Of a DNA stretch of 64,000 bases, positions 17,938 to 27,601 are shown piece by piece. The notes beneath the pieces are model-generated. The model was not told where the DNA came from. It saw nothing but the letters and a program-made list of their open reading frames with translations, and did not search any database. Source of the DNA: an uncultured Alphaproteobacteria bacterium. GTDB lineage: Bacteria; Pseudomonadota; Alphaproteobacteria; Rs-D84. The DNA is taken from positions 64,783 to 128,782 of the forward strand of contig CAKQEW010000002.1 in NCBI GenBank assembly GCA_934230415.1, in the 5' to 3' direction. Each line of letters opens with the position of its first letter. Within the stretch, counting starts at the first letter, position 1. The translations under genes and the position numbers were made by a program.

Positions 17938-19524
17938 TACAAATTTTTCTGGGACCAGACGCATCATGATTTTCCATGTGCGGCGGAATATTGTTGTATC
18001 CGGACTGTAACGATATTCGCGCAAATCTGTATCCCCGCTGCGCATTCCAGTCCAGATTGGATTGCCGTGGCTGTCTTGGGATACGTGCCATGCGGTTTGG
18101 GTATCCTTTAAAATCATTTCGCGCAGTTTTTTTGCAAATTCGCGACTTTCAAATATCGCGACGTTTTCAGTGTTAAAGTATGCGCTGCGTGGGTCCAAAT
18201 TAAAACTGCCAATCCAAGAGATACGGTCATCAAATACAATTGTTTTACTGTGCAGAACGGAAAAACTGGATTGTTTGCGTTCGCGGTCGTGTTCCTGGCC
18301 GCGCAAGTTTTCCGCCGACAACATAAATTCATACACGTCTGCCCCAGATTCAATCAGTTGGCGGCGATACTTCTCCCACTTGGCATACACGGTCGGTGCG
18401 TTGGTTGATGCCAGTGAATTCGTCACGATTGTCATATGCACGCCAGAGTTTTCTTCGCGCATCATGTGTTCCAGACCACCCTGGCCGGGAACAAAATATG
18501 CCGCCGACATATACACAGATTTATCGGTTTCATCCCACAGGTGTTGCAGTGCGCGAACAATATCCCCGCGATATTCTTGCTTTTGCGCCATGGTCATTTC
18601 CACCTTTTCTGGTGGGTCGGCCAAGAATTTTCCGTGTCCCCAACTGAAATCAAAATGATGCTGTTTGTATTTGCGCATGGCCAATTGAATCACGGTGTTA
18701 TACATGCGAGTGTCTTCGGCGCTGCGTTCCTGAATTTCTGTGAATTTGCGTTCCAGACGGCGCATCGCCTTTTTTGATTTTGCCTTTGGAAAAACGTCCG
18801 CTGGTATGGCCAGGTGGTGATTCCAGTATTGATCAAAACTGGCCGTGGCATATTTTGTCATGTCGCCCAAGAACAAAACATCGGTATCTGAAAAATTAGA
18901 CGCGGTTTCTGGATAGAAATAATTGCTGCCCACGTTGCGACCGCCGGTAATATATGCAACATTGTCCACGATAAACAGTTTGTTATGCATGCGCGAATTC
19001 AGACGGTTGAAATCCAGCAAGAATTGTGGGTAATACAGTAATTTTGACCGATTGGCAACGGTGTTAAAAACCTTTACCTCTATATTCGGGTGCTGGTTTA
19101 ACAACATAACGTCCACAATATCGGAATTCGTGCCGTAATCATCCAACAGAATTCGCACGCGCACGCCACGGTCGGCGGCATTTTTCAATTCGCCAATCAG
19201 TACCTTGGACGAGAAATCGTTACTGTAAATATATGTCTGCAAATCAATCGTTTTGGTTGCCATGCGGGCGAACGCCGCGCGAACAACAAACGCCGACAGG
19301 CCGTCTTCTATTAACGTTGCACCGGAAATGTTTTCGCCATTTGCCAATTCATGGGCGTAACATTGGGCAATTGGTGTCTGCATTGGGTCATAATTAAAAT
19401 CATTTGCAGTAATTTTTGCCCTGTATCCATCCAGTCGCCGATCGTTTGTTGTTGTTGGCACGGTTGTGCACCCCAGCGCCGGCAGTGTTAATAAAAACAA
19501 TAAACCACGTTTTAGCTTGGACAA
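17935..19524 (-). CDS. Phospholipase D / cardiolipin-synthase-family lipoprotein with two HKD motifs
   Basis: 529 aa. Lipobox (LLTLPALGCTT). HKD motifs at HNKLFIVD and HSKTIVFD. Confidence 0.8.
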   Translation of the reverse strand: MSKLKRGLLFLLTLPALGCTTVPTTTNDRRLDGYRAKITANDFNYDPMQTPIAQCYAHELANGENISGATLIEDGLSAFVVRAAFARMATKTIDLQTYIYSNDFSSKVLIGELKNAADRGVRVRILLDDYGTNSDIVDVMLLNQHPNIEVKVFNTVANRSKLLYYPQFLLDFNRLNSRMHNKLFIVDNVAYITGGRNVGSNYFYPETASNFSDTDVLFLGDMTKYATASFDQYWNHHLAIPADVFPKAKSKKAMRRLERKFTEIQERSAEDTRMYNTVIQLAMRKYKQHHFDFSWGHGKFLADPPEKVEMTMAQKQEYRGDIVRALQHLWDETDKSVYMSAAYFVPGQGGLEHMMREENSGVHMTIVTNSLASTNAPTVYAKWEKYRRQLIESGADVYEFMLSAENLRGQEHDRERKQSSFSVLHSKTIVFDDRISWIGSFNLDPRSAYFNTENVAIFESREFAKKLREMILKDTQTAWHVSQDSHGNPIWTGMRSGDTDLREYRYSPDTTIFRRTWKIMMRLVPEKFV

Positions 19525-19704
19525 ATTTCTACCCTTTGGCGCGGATTATAGTACATAACAATTAAATATGACAAGACAATTTCATTAAAAAAGATAATAA
19601 TCAGCAAAAGAAAATTCCTATAACATTTGATTTTTAGGTATTTTTTATTTGTATAGCATGACCAAATATGATAAAATCTGGACATTAGGAAGGAATTTTT
19701 CGCC

Positions 19705-21972
19705 ATGAAAAGACTGATTGCTGTATTGAGTGGATTGCTGGTTTTGCCCGCATTTGCAGAGGTTGTGCCCGCATATTACTACGACGATATTACTGAATAC
19801 GCCGATGTGGATGCTGACGACGATGTCGCATATGATGATGTGATTTCTGCGGATACGGTTGCCCCAGATGTTGTTGCACCGGCGACCCAGGGTACCACAA
19901 ATATCAGTCCGCGCAGCGCGGGCGCCCGTGTGTCGGCATCGCGTGGCACGGCGACAACAAATACGCGTCTGGGTACATCCACACGTAACAACACAACGGG
20001 TCGCGTGGTCAGTGCACGCACCACCAGCAATAATGCATCGCGGGTCAGTGTTTCACGCCCGTCGGCCACGGTGAATGCGGCACGTGCGGTGTCAAATAAT
20101 ACCACCAAGACAGTTTCATCACGGCGCAGTGCGACAACCGGTACAAATACCGCGCGCGCATCAATTATTCAATCTGATACGGTAAACACACCGTTGTACA
20201 CGGGGCGTGTCGGTGTGCGCACAATGGCAACAACAACGCGTGCGCCAACGGTTCGTATGTCAGCAACGACCAGCACAACCGCCACCGATGTCACCAGTGT
20301 CAGCACCACAGACATGGACGAATTGGCCCAGGTTACTGATTTTTGCAAGGCACAGTATCAGTCATGTATGGATAATTTCTGTAACGTCCTGGATGATAAC
20401 CAGGGTCGGTGCAGCTGCAGTGCAAACCTGAAAAATTATGAAAAAACCGAAACGGCATTGAAACAGGCGACGGCAGATTTACAAGAAGTTGCACAAAAGA
20501 TTCAGTACATCGGACTGACGGCGGACGAAGTGGACACATTGTTCACCCAGACCGCAGCCGAAGTGCAATTGCAAAAATCCAGCGATAATACCCAGCTGAA
20601 AAATGATTTGGACAAAATTAAAAACGCGATTATCAGTGTAAAATCTGGTAACGCAACGTCCAGTGAAACCGGTATTACGACGGATTTGTCTGGGTTATTG
20701 GATTTCAGTTTCAGCAGCAGCGGTTTTGATTTAAGTTCATTCTTGGGTACATCAACAAATACATCCAGTATCAGCAACCAGCGTGGCGAACAGTTGTACA
20801 AGACGGCCAGCGCGCGTTGCAAGGCGTCTGTGTTGAACAACTGCACGGCCCAGGGTGTTGATGCATCCGTTATCACAAACGCGTATGATTTGGAAATTGA
20901 CAAGCAGTGTATTGCGTATGAACGTTCACTGACCGATGCAAACGACCAAATGGCATCAACCGTGCGCAATGCGAAATCTGTTTTGCAAAAGGCGCGTCTG
21001 TTGGTTGCCCAGCAAAAGAATTCATACGACCTGCGTGGGTGCGTGAACGCATTGGATACATGTATGCAGGATGACTTTGTTTGCGGTTCCGATTATGAAA
21101 ACTGCTTGGATCCATCGGGCAAATACATTGTTGATGGCGAAATCATCGTGGGCAGCACGCCGGGTGAATCTGGCAACCTGAACGGGGCATTGTACACCAG
21201 TGCATGGGGCACGCCGGGCGATAATAACCCATGGTCCGATAAAGGCAGTTTAAGTACGTATATTAATGCCCAGGTTAACGGCACACCTTCCACGACGTCT
21301 AAAGATATTGCAAAATACCTGCAGTACAAAGTCGGATATCATGATGACAGCACCGGCCGCGATATGGGTATGTGCATGTCCGTGTTGAACAAGTGTCAGA
21401 ATATCACGTATGACAACAATGGCAAGTACAAGCCGGCGAACAGTGTGGTCACAGAATTCTTGCAACGCACATTGGCCCAGATTAAATCCAGCCAGGATAC
21501 GATTTTGGCCGATTATGCCGAAACCTGCACCAGCAACGTTTCGTCATGCCTCAGCCAGAATTACTATGACATTGATAATCCTGACACAGGCAAGAGCAAT
21601 TTGGCGATAAAGGCGTGCCAATCACTGATTAACACATGTATGAGTGTTAATGGCGTCACGGGCAACCTGGCCGGGAACAGCGCAGATGCCGGCGCGTGGG
21701 TAAAATCACTGATGGGCAAATCGGCCAGTGATTATACAACGTGCGCAACATGTCTGGCGGCGAATAACCAGTGGACATGGGCAAACGCCGATCATAAGGC
21801 CGGCGCATGCACCGAACCAACGGTTGTGAAAGAGAGCGCGTGCACAGATGACAAGAAATTCGTATCCTATGGTAACGCATGTTCGGATTCCAGCAAAACG
21901 ACCGCAACGGAATGTACAACCGCCGGTGGCACCTGGGAAGAAACAGGTTATTGCCTGAATAAATGTGAATAA
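19705..21972 (+). CDS. Secreted low-complexity protein: Ser/Thr/Arg-rich N-terminal half and Cys-rich C-terminal half (hypothetical surface protein or effector)
   Basis: 755 aa. Signal peptide (MKRLIAVLSGLLVLPAFAEV), an acidic YYDD/DADDD stretch, about 130 aa of RS/TT-rich repeats, and a C-terminal domain with more than 25 Cys. Confidence 0.5.
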   Translation: MKRLIAVLSGLLVLPAFAEVVPAYYYDDITEYADVDADDDVAYDDVISADTVAPDVVAPATQGTTNISPRSAGARVSASRGTATTNTRLGTSTRNNTTGRVVSARTTSNNASRVSVSRPSATVNAARAVSNNTTKTVSSRRSATTGTNTARASIIQSDTVNTPLYTGRVGVRTMATTTRAPTVRMSATTSTTATDVTSVSTTDMDELAQVTDFCKAQYQSCMDNFCNVLDDNQGRCSCSANLKNYEKTETALKQATADLQEVAQKIQYIGLTADEVDTLFTQTAAEVQLQKSSDNTQLKNDLDKIKNAIISVKSGNATSSETGITTDLSGLLDFSFSSSGFDLSSFLGTSTNTSSISNQRGEQLYKTASARCKASVLNNCTAQGVDASVITNAYDLEIDKQCIAYERSLTDANDQMASTVRNAKSVLQKARLLVAQQKNSYDLRGCVNALDTCMQDDFVCGSDYENCLDPSGKYIVDGEIIVGSTPGESGNLNGALYTSAWGTPGDNNPWSDKGSLSTYINAQVNGTPSTTSKDIAKYLQYKVGYHDDSTGRDMGMCMSVLNKCQNITYDNNGKYKPANSVVTEFLQRTLAQIKSSQDTILADYAETCTSNVSSCLSQNYYDIDNPDTGKSNLAIKACQSLINTCMSVNGVTGNLAGNSADAGAWVKSLMGKSASDYTTCATCLAANNQWTWANADHKAGACTEPTVVKESACTDDKKFVSYGNACSDSSKTTATECTTAGGTWEETGYCLNKCE

Positions 21973-21973
21973 A

Positions 21974-21998
21974 AAACGCCCGTTTGGGCGTTTTTTTA
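21974..21998 (+). terminator. Intrinsic terminator (ACGCCCGTTTGGGCGTTTTTTT)
   Basis: Stem-loop plus T run directly after the stop. The same hairpin sequence recurs at 22953-22977. Confidence 0.75.
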
Positions 21999-22011
21999 AT
22001 TGTGCATTAAT

Positions 22012-22347
22012 TTAATTATGCGCCACCAGGTGCAATACCACACTGATTATAAACAGCGCCGTAATCACCCCCAGAATTATTTTCTGGGTATGATGACCCG
22101 CGCCATCCTGGCAATGGTCGCAATCACAGTGGCAATCGCGCACCACCAATACCCATGAAAATCCCAGTGCGCCGGCCGAAAATACAAACAGCCATGGTTC
22201 AATCCATTCGGGCAATAACGCCGTGTGTGCGAATTCTGGGGCGACCAGTGATATTACCGATAATACCATTGGCAATACACAGCAAAACAAATGTGGCACC
22301 AACGATGCAATAATTCCAATCTTTACAGCCTTGTTTTTCATATCCAT
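22012..22347 (-). CDS. Small Cys-motif membrane protein, MerT-like (hypothetical metal-binding transporter)
   Basis: 111 aa with three predicted TM helices, a CC pair in TM1 (HLFCCVLPMVL) and a DCHCDCDHC motif in a loop. Confidence 0.35.
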   Translation of the reverse strand: MDMKNKAVKIGIIASLVPHLFCCVLPMVLSVISLVAPEFAHTALLPEWIEPWLFVFSAGALGFSWVLVVRDCHCDCDHCQDGAGHHTQKIILGVITALFIISVVLHLVAHN

Positions 22348-22357
22348 ATCCCTAAAT

Positions 22358-22378
22358 TGGCGTTCCCACCAGGATTAT
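22358..22378 (-). repeat. Direct repeat of the tRNA-Arg 3' end (TTGGCGTTCCCACCAGGA), about 115 bp downstream of the gene
   Basis: A 17-18 nt exact match to 22492-22511. The spacer contains a GC-rich hairpin (CCCGCCGCGGTCGCGGCGGG). Confidence 0.55.
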
Positions 22379-22493
22379 AATTCCCGCCGCGGTCGCGGCG
22401 GGCCCCTTTCACTTTGCGCTGGCGCGCTGCGTTACGAACCCGCGCAACATATGTTGCTTGTCGGGTTCTTCGTCCCAGTGGAAACGCAAATAT

Positions 22494-22569
22494 TGGCGTT
22501 CCCACCAGGACTCGAACCCGGATTTAATTCTTAGGAGGAATTCGTTCTATCCCGTTGAACTATGGGAAC
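22494..22569 (-). tRNA. tRNA-Arg (anticodon CCT)
   Basis: Reverse complement GTTCCCATAGTTCAACGGGATAGAACGAATTCCTCCTAAGAATTAAATCCGGGTTCGAGTCCTGGTGGGAACGCCA. 7-bp acceptor stem, anticodon loop CU-CCU-AA, encoded CCA. Confidence 0.85.
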
Positions 22570-22660
22570 GCGGTATTTATTTTATTCCTTGGATTTTCAT
22601 ATTGCAAGTTGTAATCGCCGTTTGTATAATACCCACGACAATTAACGAAGGAAGGGTAAA

Positions 22661-22951
22661 ATGGCAACAATTACAAGAAGCGATTTTGCGGCACGTCTGC
22701 GGGACAAGTTTGGTTTAACCACAGCGGACGCATACAAATTGGTGGATATCGTCTTTGACGAAATCCGGGATTCATTGGTTAATGGCGAAGAGGTTAAATT
22801 CGCCGGCCTGGGCAGTTTCAAGATTCTGACCAAGTCCCAGCGTATGGGGCGCAACCCAAAAACAGGTGAATCGGCGGTGATATCGGCGCGCCGTGTTGCG
22901 TCATTTCGCCCCAGCAACGAATTCAGACAACGCGTTGCAAAGCACGAATAA
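22661..22951 (+). CDS. ihfA: Integration host factor subunit alpha (HU/IHF family)
   Basis: 96 aa. Motif GFGSF-like (GLGSFKILTKSQRMGRNPKTGE). Overall resemblance to IHF-alpha. Confidence 0.8.
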   Translation: MATITRSDFAARLRDKFGLTTADAYKLVDIVFDEIRDSLVNGEEVKFAGLGSFKILTKSQRMGRNPKTGESAVISARRVASFRPSNEFRQRVAKHE

Positions 22952-22952
22952 A

Positions 22953-22977
22953 AAAACGCCCGTTTGGGCGTTTTTTA
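22953..22977 (+). terminator. Intrinsic terminator (same hairpin as at 21974)
   Basis: AAAAAACGCCCGTTTGGGCGTTTTTTATT. Confidence 0.75.
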
Positions 22978-24972
22978 TTACCACAATTTTATTCTGTTTT
23001 CTGGGGCAATGTACAGTTTGTCACCCAGTGTCACATTAAACGCATCGTACCACGCGGCGATATGTGGCAATATGCCGTTTACACGGTTTTGTGCCAATGA
23101 ATGTTCGTCTGTTTTTGTGCGGCGTAATTCTTCATCACTGCGTGCGTTTTGCAGCCAGCTGCCGGCATAGGCGACAAAGAAGCGCTGGTCTGCGGTCATG
23201 CCGTTTGCCACACCTGATGGTGTGCCAAAGTTTTTATATGCGGTAAACGATACGGTTATCCCGCCATAGTCCGCCAGATTTTCCCCCAGCGTAAATGTTC
23301 CGTTCGCATGCACGCCGGGTGCAATTATGATTTTATCAAAATGTGCGCGCAACACATCGGCGCGTTTTTCAAATCCGGTGGCGTCATCCGCGGTCCACCA
23401 ATCGGTCATGTTGCCGTTCGCGTCAAAGTGTCGTCCCGAATCGTCAAATCCATGTGTCATTTCATGGCCAATAATACTGCCAATTGCGCCATAGTTAAAC
23501 GCATCGTCGGCCGACATGTCAAAGAATGGATACTGTAAAATTCCCGCGGGGAAACAGACCTCGTTCGTGGATGGGTCATAATACGCATTGATTTCGTGTG
23601 CGTTCATATACCACAGGCTCGGGTCCTTTTCTGCGCCAATTTTATTCAGCCAGAATTCATCTTCAAACGCGGACACGTTTAACATGTTTTGCCACAGACT
23701 GGCATTTGCATCAATGTTGAGTTTTGAATAATCGCGCCATTTATCCGGGTATCCGATTTTCGCATGAAACGTGTTCAGTTTTTTCAGCGCCTGTTGCTTT
23801 GTTGCATCTGACATCCATTCCAGGTTTTCAATTCGCATCCCCAATGCGCGTTGCAGATTTTTCACCAATTCCTGCATGCGTTTTTTCGCGTCCGCCGGAA
23901 AATATTTTTCTACATACAGGTGCCCGATTTCTTCGCCCAGTGTGTCATCCAATAACGCAACCGCGCGTTTCCAGCGTGGCTTTGGTTCCTTTTGTCCCGC
24001 CATTGTTCGGTTATAGAAATCAAATGATATTTCATATGTCGCGTCATCCAGTAATGTGTCGGCCGCACTGACAATGCGATATTTTAAATATGTTTTGATT
24101 AGTCCCAGGTCGGTATCGTTCATAATCGCGATTGATTCGGCGATTGCCTCTGGCTGGGCAATGTTAATTTGTGTCGCCGCGGTCGCGCCACGTGCGGCCA
24201 GGTATGCATCCCAATCAAACCCTGGAAACCGTGATTTAACGTCATCCAGTGTCATTTTGTGATAATTCGCATGTGGGTCACGCAGTTTTTCTTTTGGATA
24301 AAACGCGCCCGCCATGCGCAATTCCAACGCGTACAGTTTATCCACATCCACCGCGATACCAAAATTTTTCATCTGGCGCGCCATGAATTCATGATATTTT
24401 TTACGCACCGCAATGGTTTTATCATCTGAATCAAAATAATAATCACGTGCCATACCCAATCCGGCCTGGCCAATGTTGTACAGGTAATGTGTGCTGTCTG
24501 TTTCGTCCAATCCAACCCCATCGCCCCAGAATGCCGATGTGATTTTATGCATGTGTCCCAGAAACGCCGGTAACTGGGACGCGGATTTAATCGCATCAAT
24601 TTCTGCAATCAGTGGTGCAACCGGGCGCACACCATCGGCGTTTAATTTTTCTGAATCCATCGCAATGTGATACAGTGTGCCGATTTTTCCGGTATCTGTT
24701 TCGGCGATTTCGCGCACGCGTTTCAAATTCTGGTCGTGCAAGATTTCAAATGCACCATATCGTGTATAGTCGTCTGGAATCGGATTTGATTTACGCCATG
24801 TGCCATTTGCAAATTCATAGAAATCATCGCCTGGGCGAATCGTTGTGTCCATATTTTCGTACTTTATTCCGGCGTTCATAATCATTTCCTTTGGTTGTGT
24901 TAATTTGTGCGCGACAATAAACGCGGCGATGACCGCAATAATGCCAATAATGTTTAACAGTTTGCTTTTCAT
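22978..24972 (-). CDS. pepO: M13-family zinc metalloendopeptidase (PepO/neprilysin-like)
   Basis: HExxH (GHEMTHGFDD) and ENxADxGG (ENLADYGG) motifs. N-terminal TM anchor (MKSKLLNIIGIIAVIAAFIVA). The start is taken at the ATG at 24972, overlapping the hemW stop (ATGA). Confidence 0.85.
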   Translation of the reverse strand: MKSKLLNIIGIIAVIAAFIVAHKLTQPKEMIMNAGIKYENMDTTIRPGDDFYEFANGTWRKSNPIPDDYTRYGAFEILHDQNLKRVREIAETDTGKIGTLYHIAMDSEKLNADGVRPVAPLIAEIDAIKSASQLPAFLGHMHKITSAFWGDGVGLDETDSTHYLYNIGQAGLGMARDYYFDSDDKTIAVRKKYHEFMARQMKNFGIAVDVDKLYALELRMAGAFYPKEKLRDPHANYHKMTLDDVKSRFPGFDWDAYLAARGATAATQINIAQPEAIAESIAIMNDTDLGLIKTYLKYRIVSAADTLLDDATYEISFDFYNRTMAGQKEPKPRWKRAVALLDDTLGEEIGHLYVEKYFPADAKKRMQELVKNLQRALGMRIENLEWMSDATKQQALKKLNTFHAKIGYPDKWRDYSKLNIDANASLWQNMLNVSAFEDEFWLNKIGAEKDPSLWYMNAHEINAYYDPSTNEVCFPAGILQYPFFDMSADDAFNYGAIGSIIGHEMTHGFDDSGRHFDANGNMTDWWTADDATGFEKRADVLRAHFDKIIIAPGVHANGTFTLGENLADYGGITVSFTAYKNFGTPSGVANGMTADQRFFVAYAGSWLQNARSDEELRRTKTDEHSLAQNRVNGILPHIAAWYDAFNVTLGDKLYIAPENRIKLW

Positions 24973-26069
24973 TTCGTGTCCGTATCCTGGGTGCATAAGT
25001 CTAGCAATAAATCATCCAAAATTAAAATACCTTTTTCAGTCGCGAAAATGCGTTCATCTGTTTCGCGTACCAATTCCGGATGCGCGTGGATAAATTCATG
25101 GTTGATTATGTGCATAACATCACTGTCCCGACGCACGCCACGCATGGTGCGCATTCCTGTGATGATTTTTTCGGTTGCGCGGGCATCCGTCCCCAGTGGT
25201 TGCATTTGCACATCGCCACCGGTTTGTTCGTACCACACGCCATCAATGTATGGCCGGCCCGCCGCCCCGCGACCAATGCCAATATATGGTGCGCCATCCC
25301 AGACGTTTTGGTTGTGTCGGCACTCGTCCCCTGGACGGGCATAGTTTGAAACCTCGTACCGGGGGATGGACAACGTGTCTGCGATTGCACAGTACATATC
25401 CGCCATTGCGTCATTGAATGGCATATCCAGGTTCATTTGCCCCAGTGGTGTATCTGGTTCCAATGTTAATTCATACATTGATACGTGGGATAACCCCAAT
25501 GCATTTATATCACGACACATTTGAATCACGTGATCGGTCGTGTCGCCTGGCAACCCATATATGAAATCCGCATTCAGGCGAATTCCCGCCGCCTGTGCCG
25601 TGTCCAATATCACGCGTGCGTCATGCACACTGTGCGTGCGTCCCAAAAATTGCAGTGTTTCGTCATCCAGGCGCTGTACCCCCACCGACAGGCGATTAAC
25701 CCCCGCCGCCATAAATTCACCCAGTCGCACCGCGTCCAATGTTTTTGGGTTTGATTCCAATGTGATTTCGGCGTTTGGAGTAATATGAAAGTTTGCGCGC
25801 ACCGTATCCATGATTTTTGCAAATACGTCTGTTGGTATCAGTGATGGCGTCCCGCCACCAAAGAATACGGTTGCAATATTTGTATGGTTTAATTTTTGTC
25901 CCCAGAAATTAATTTCACGAATAATCCCATCACGCCATGCGGCCCAGTCGGGGTTTGCACACGCGGTGGAAAAAAACGCACAGTACCTGCATTTTGATAT
26001 GCAAAACGGTGTGTGAATATAAATATTGTATGTGTCCGACATGGTCTGCATTGTATCGCAGTTGGCCAA
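24969..26069 (-). CDS. hemW: Radical-SAM heme chaperone HemW (HemN-like, oxygen-independent coproporphyrinogen-III oxidase family)
   Basis: 366 aa. CxxxCxxC cluster (HTPFCISKCRYCAF). Size is typical of HemW rather than HemN. Confidence 0.8.
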   Translation of the reverse strand: MANCDTMQTMSDTYNIYIHTPFCISKCRYCAFFSTACANPDWAAWRDGIIREINFWGQKLNHTNIATVFFGGGTPSLIPTDVFAKIMDTVRANFHITPNAEITLESNPKTLDAVRLGEFMAAGVNRLSVGVQRLDDETLQFLGRTHSVHDARVILDTAQAAGIRLNADFIYGLPGDTTDHVIQMCRDINALGLSHVSMYELTLEPDTPLGQMNLDMPFNDAMADMYCAIADTLSIPRYEVSNYARPGDECRHNQNVWDGAPYIGIGRGAAGRPYIDGVWYEQTGGDVQMQPLGTDARATEKIITGMRTMRGVRRDSDVMHIINHEFIHAHPELVRETDERIFATEKGILILDDLLLDLCTQDTDTK

Positions 26070-26140
26070 CTGTGCAAGTGGGAAATGAAAAACCTTTTAT
26101 GATGGCAAAAATTATGATATAATGTGCGCAAGAAAAAGAA

Positions 26141-27586
26141 ATGAAGTCAGGAATTTTAACCTTTATCGGTGGGGTTTTTGCGTCCGTGTCGGCGTTTGCG
26201 GCGGGCGAAGGTGTGCCATCGTATTACCAGACATCCACAACCAACGCGAACCAGGCGGGATATTCCCAGTATCAATCCCAGGGTTATACAAAATACGTTG
26301 GTCAATCTGGCACCAAACAGGTCGTGGGCAGTCGTACATATTCTTACCAGGTTCCGCGCACCGCCACGGCCAGTCCGACATATTCGGGCACAATGACGGC
26401 CAATGGTGTCGCACTGGCAGACGCGCCGGCAACCACACTGACGGCAAAGTATTCGCGCCGTTTTGCGGATTTCCAGTTTGAAACCGGTGTTAATTCCATC
26501 CTGGAATGGGATGACATGGTGTTTAATGAAATTGGTGTTGCCGCGCAACATAATTTCAGTCTGCGCAATTTTGATATGTTCGCATTTGCCGAATACACAT
26601 ATGGCACGATGTCGCATGGCGGCCTGTCCATGGATTATGACTTAAAGCCATATGATGAATCAAAACCCAGCGAGGGGATATTCACCATTTCCATGGGTGA
26701 TCAATCAGGGCGCACGAACTATTTTCGTTTTGGAATTGGGGCGCACCACGTGTGGAATATTGGCGGGTGGAAATTGTCGCCATCGTTTGGGTATGAAATA
26801 TTCAAACATAACCTGGAAATGTCCAATCATTATTACCCAAATCCTGGGGTGTATTTGCCCCTGATGACGGACAAGGGTGACTATGTATATGGTGATTCAA
26901 AAGGTAATTATTGGGCTGTGCCTGTCGGGACAGAAATGTCAGATGAGTATTACCAGGTATGTATGTCCCCTGATGACCTAAAGGTTGTTCATGCAGATGG
27001 CAGTGGCAGCCTGGGTTCAACCCTGACCATGATTGGTTATGATGCCGCATGGGGTGATGTGCCGTGGGGCGTGGGCAGTGATAAATGCGTTATCATCGGT
27101 GGTGATGGTCCCGTTGTGGTAGAGGGTAAAACCCACGAATACAACACAACATGGTCCGGTTTTTACATCGGGCTAGAGGCGGAAAAGCAAATGACCCTGA
27201 CGGACAAATTGCGTTTTTATGTCCAGTTGGGTATGCCAAAATATTCGTCCGAGGGTATTTGGCCAAATCGCACAGATTGGCAACAGAACCCCAGTTTCCT
27301 GGACGAAGGGTCCAATGGCGCGTATTCGTACATGGCCGAAATGGAATACAATATGAAATTATCTGACCGGGTTCAGTTGGCGATAAAGGCCGATACAAAC
27401 TGTTTCCATGTTGGTAAAATTGGTGGGGAATTGTATGTCGCCGAACATTCATATTATGAACAGCAAGAAGATGGCAGCTGGGTTATCAAGACAGAAGCGG
27501 CACATACCGAAAAAATCAATGACCAGTTAAAGCATGCAACATGGCAATCGTTTGGGTTGCATCTGGGAATTAAATACGCATTTTAA
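26141..27586 (+). CDS. Outer-membrane beta-barrel protein (hypothetical)
   Basis: Signal peptide, alternating amphipathic segments and a C-terminal aromatic signature ending in ...LGIKYAF. Confidence 0.5.
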   Translation: MKSGILTFIGGVFASVSAFAAGEGVPSYYQTSTTNANQAGYSQYQSQGYTKYVGQSGTKQVVGSRTYSYQVPRTATASPTYSGTMTANGVALADAPATTLTAKYSRRFADFQFETGVNSILEWDDMVFNEIGVAAQHNFSLRNFDMFAFAEYTYGTMSHGGLSMDYDLKPYDESKPSEGIFTISMGDQSGRTNYFRFGIGAHHVWNIGGWKLSPSFGYEIFKHNLEMSNHYYPNPGVYLPLMTDKGDYVYGDSKGNYWAVPVGTEMSDEYYQVCMSPDDLKVVHADGSGSLGSTLTMIGYDAAWGDVPWGVGSDKCVIIGGDGPVVVEGKTHEYNTTWSGFYIGLEAEKQMTLTDKLRFYVQLGMPKYSSEGIWPNRTDWQQNPSFLDEGSNGAYSYMAEMEYNMKLSDRVQLAIKADTNCFHVGKIGGELYVAEHSYYEQQEDGSWVIKTEAAHTEKINDQLKHATWQSFGLHLGIKYAF

Positions 27587-27601
27587 TGGGGAATTCGTCT
27601 G

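Noticed and set aside
17446-18091. Minus-strand ORFs 17446..17817, 17571..17870 and 17666..18091
   Set aside because: They overlap each other and the PLD gene terminator. Their composition is biased by GC-rich palindromes. None has a start context.
22458-22718. 86-aa ORF overlapping tRNA-Arg and the ihfA start
   Set aside because: It overlaps a bona fide tRNA gene and the RBS of ihfA. It is spurious.
21974-22977. Identical terminator hairpins at 21974 and 22953 (and the similar ones at 17911 and 49321), considered as a dispersed repeat family
   Set aside because: They are short canonical GC-stem terminators. Similarity among them is expected by convergence and they are too short to call a mobile repeat.
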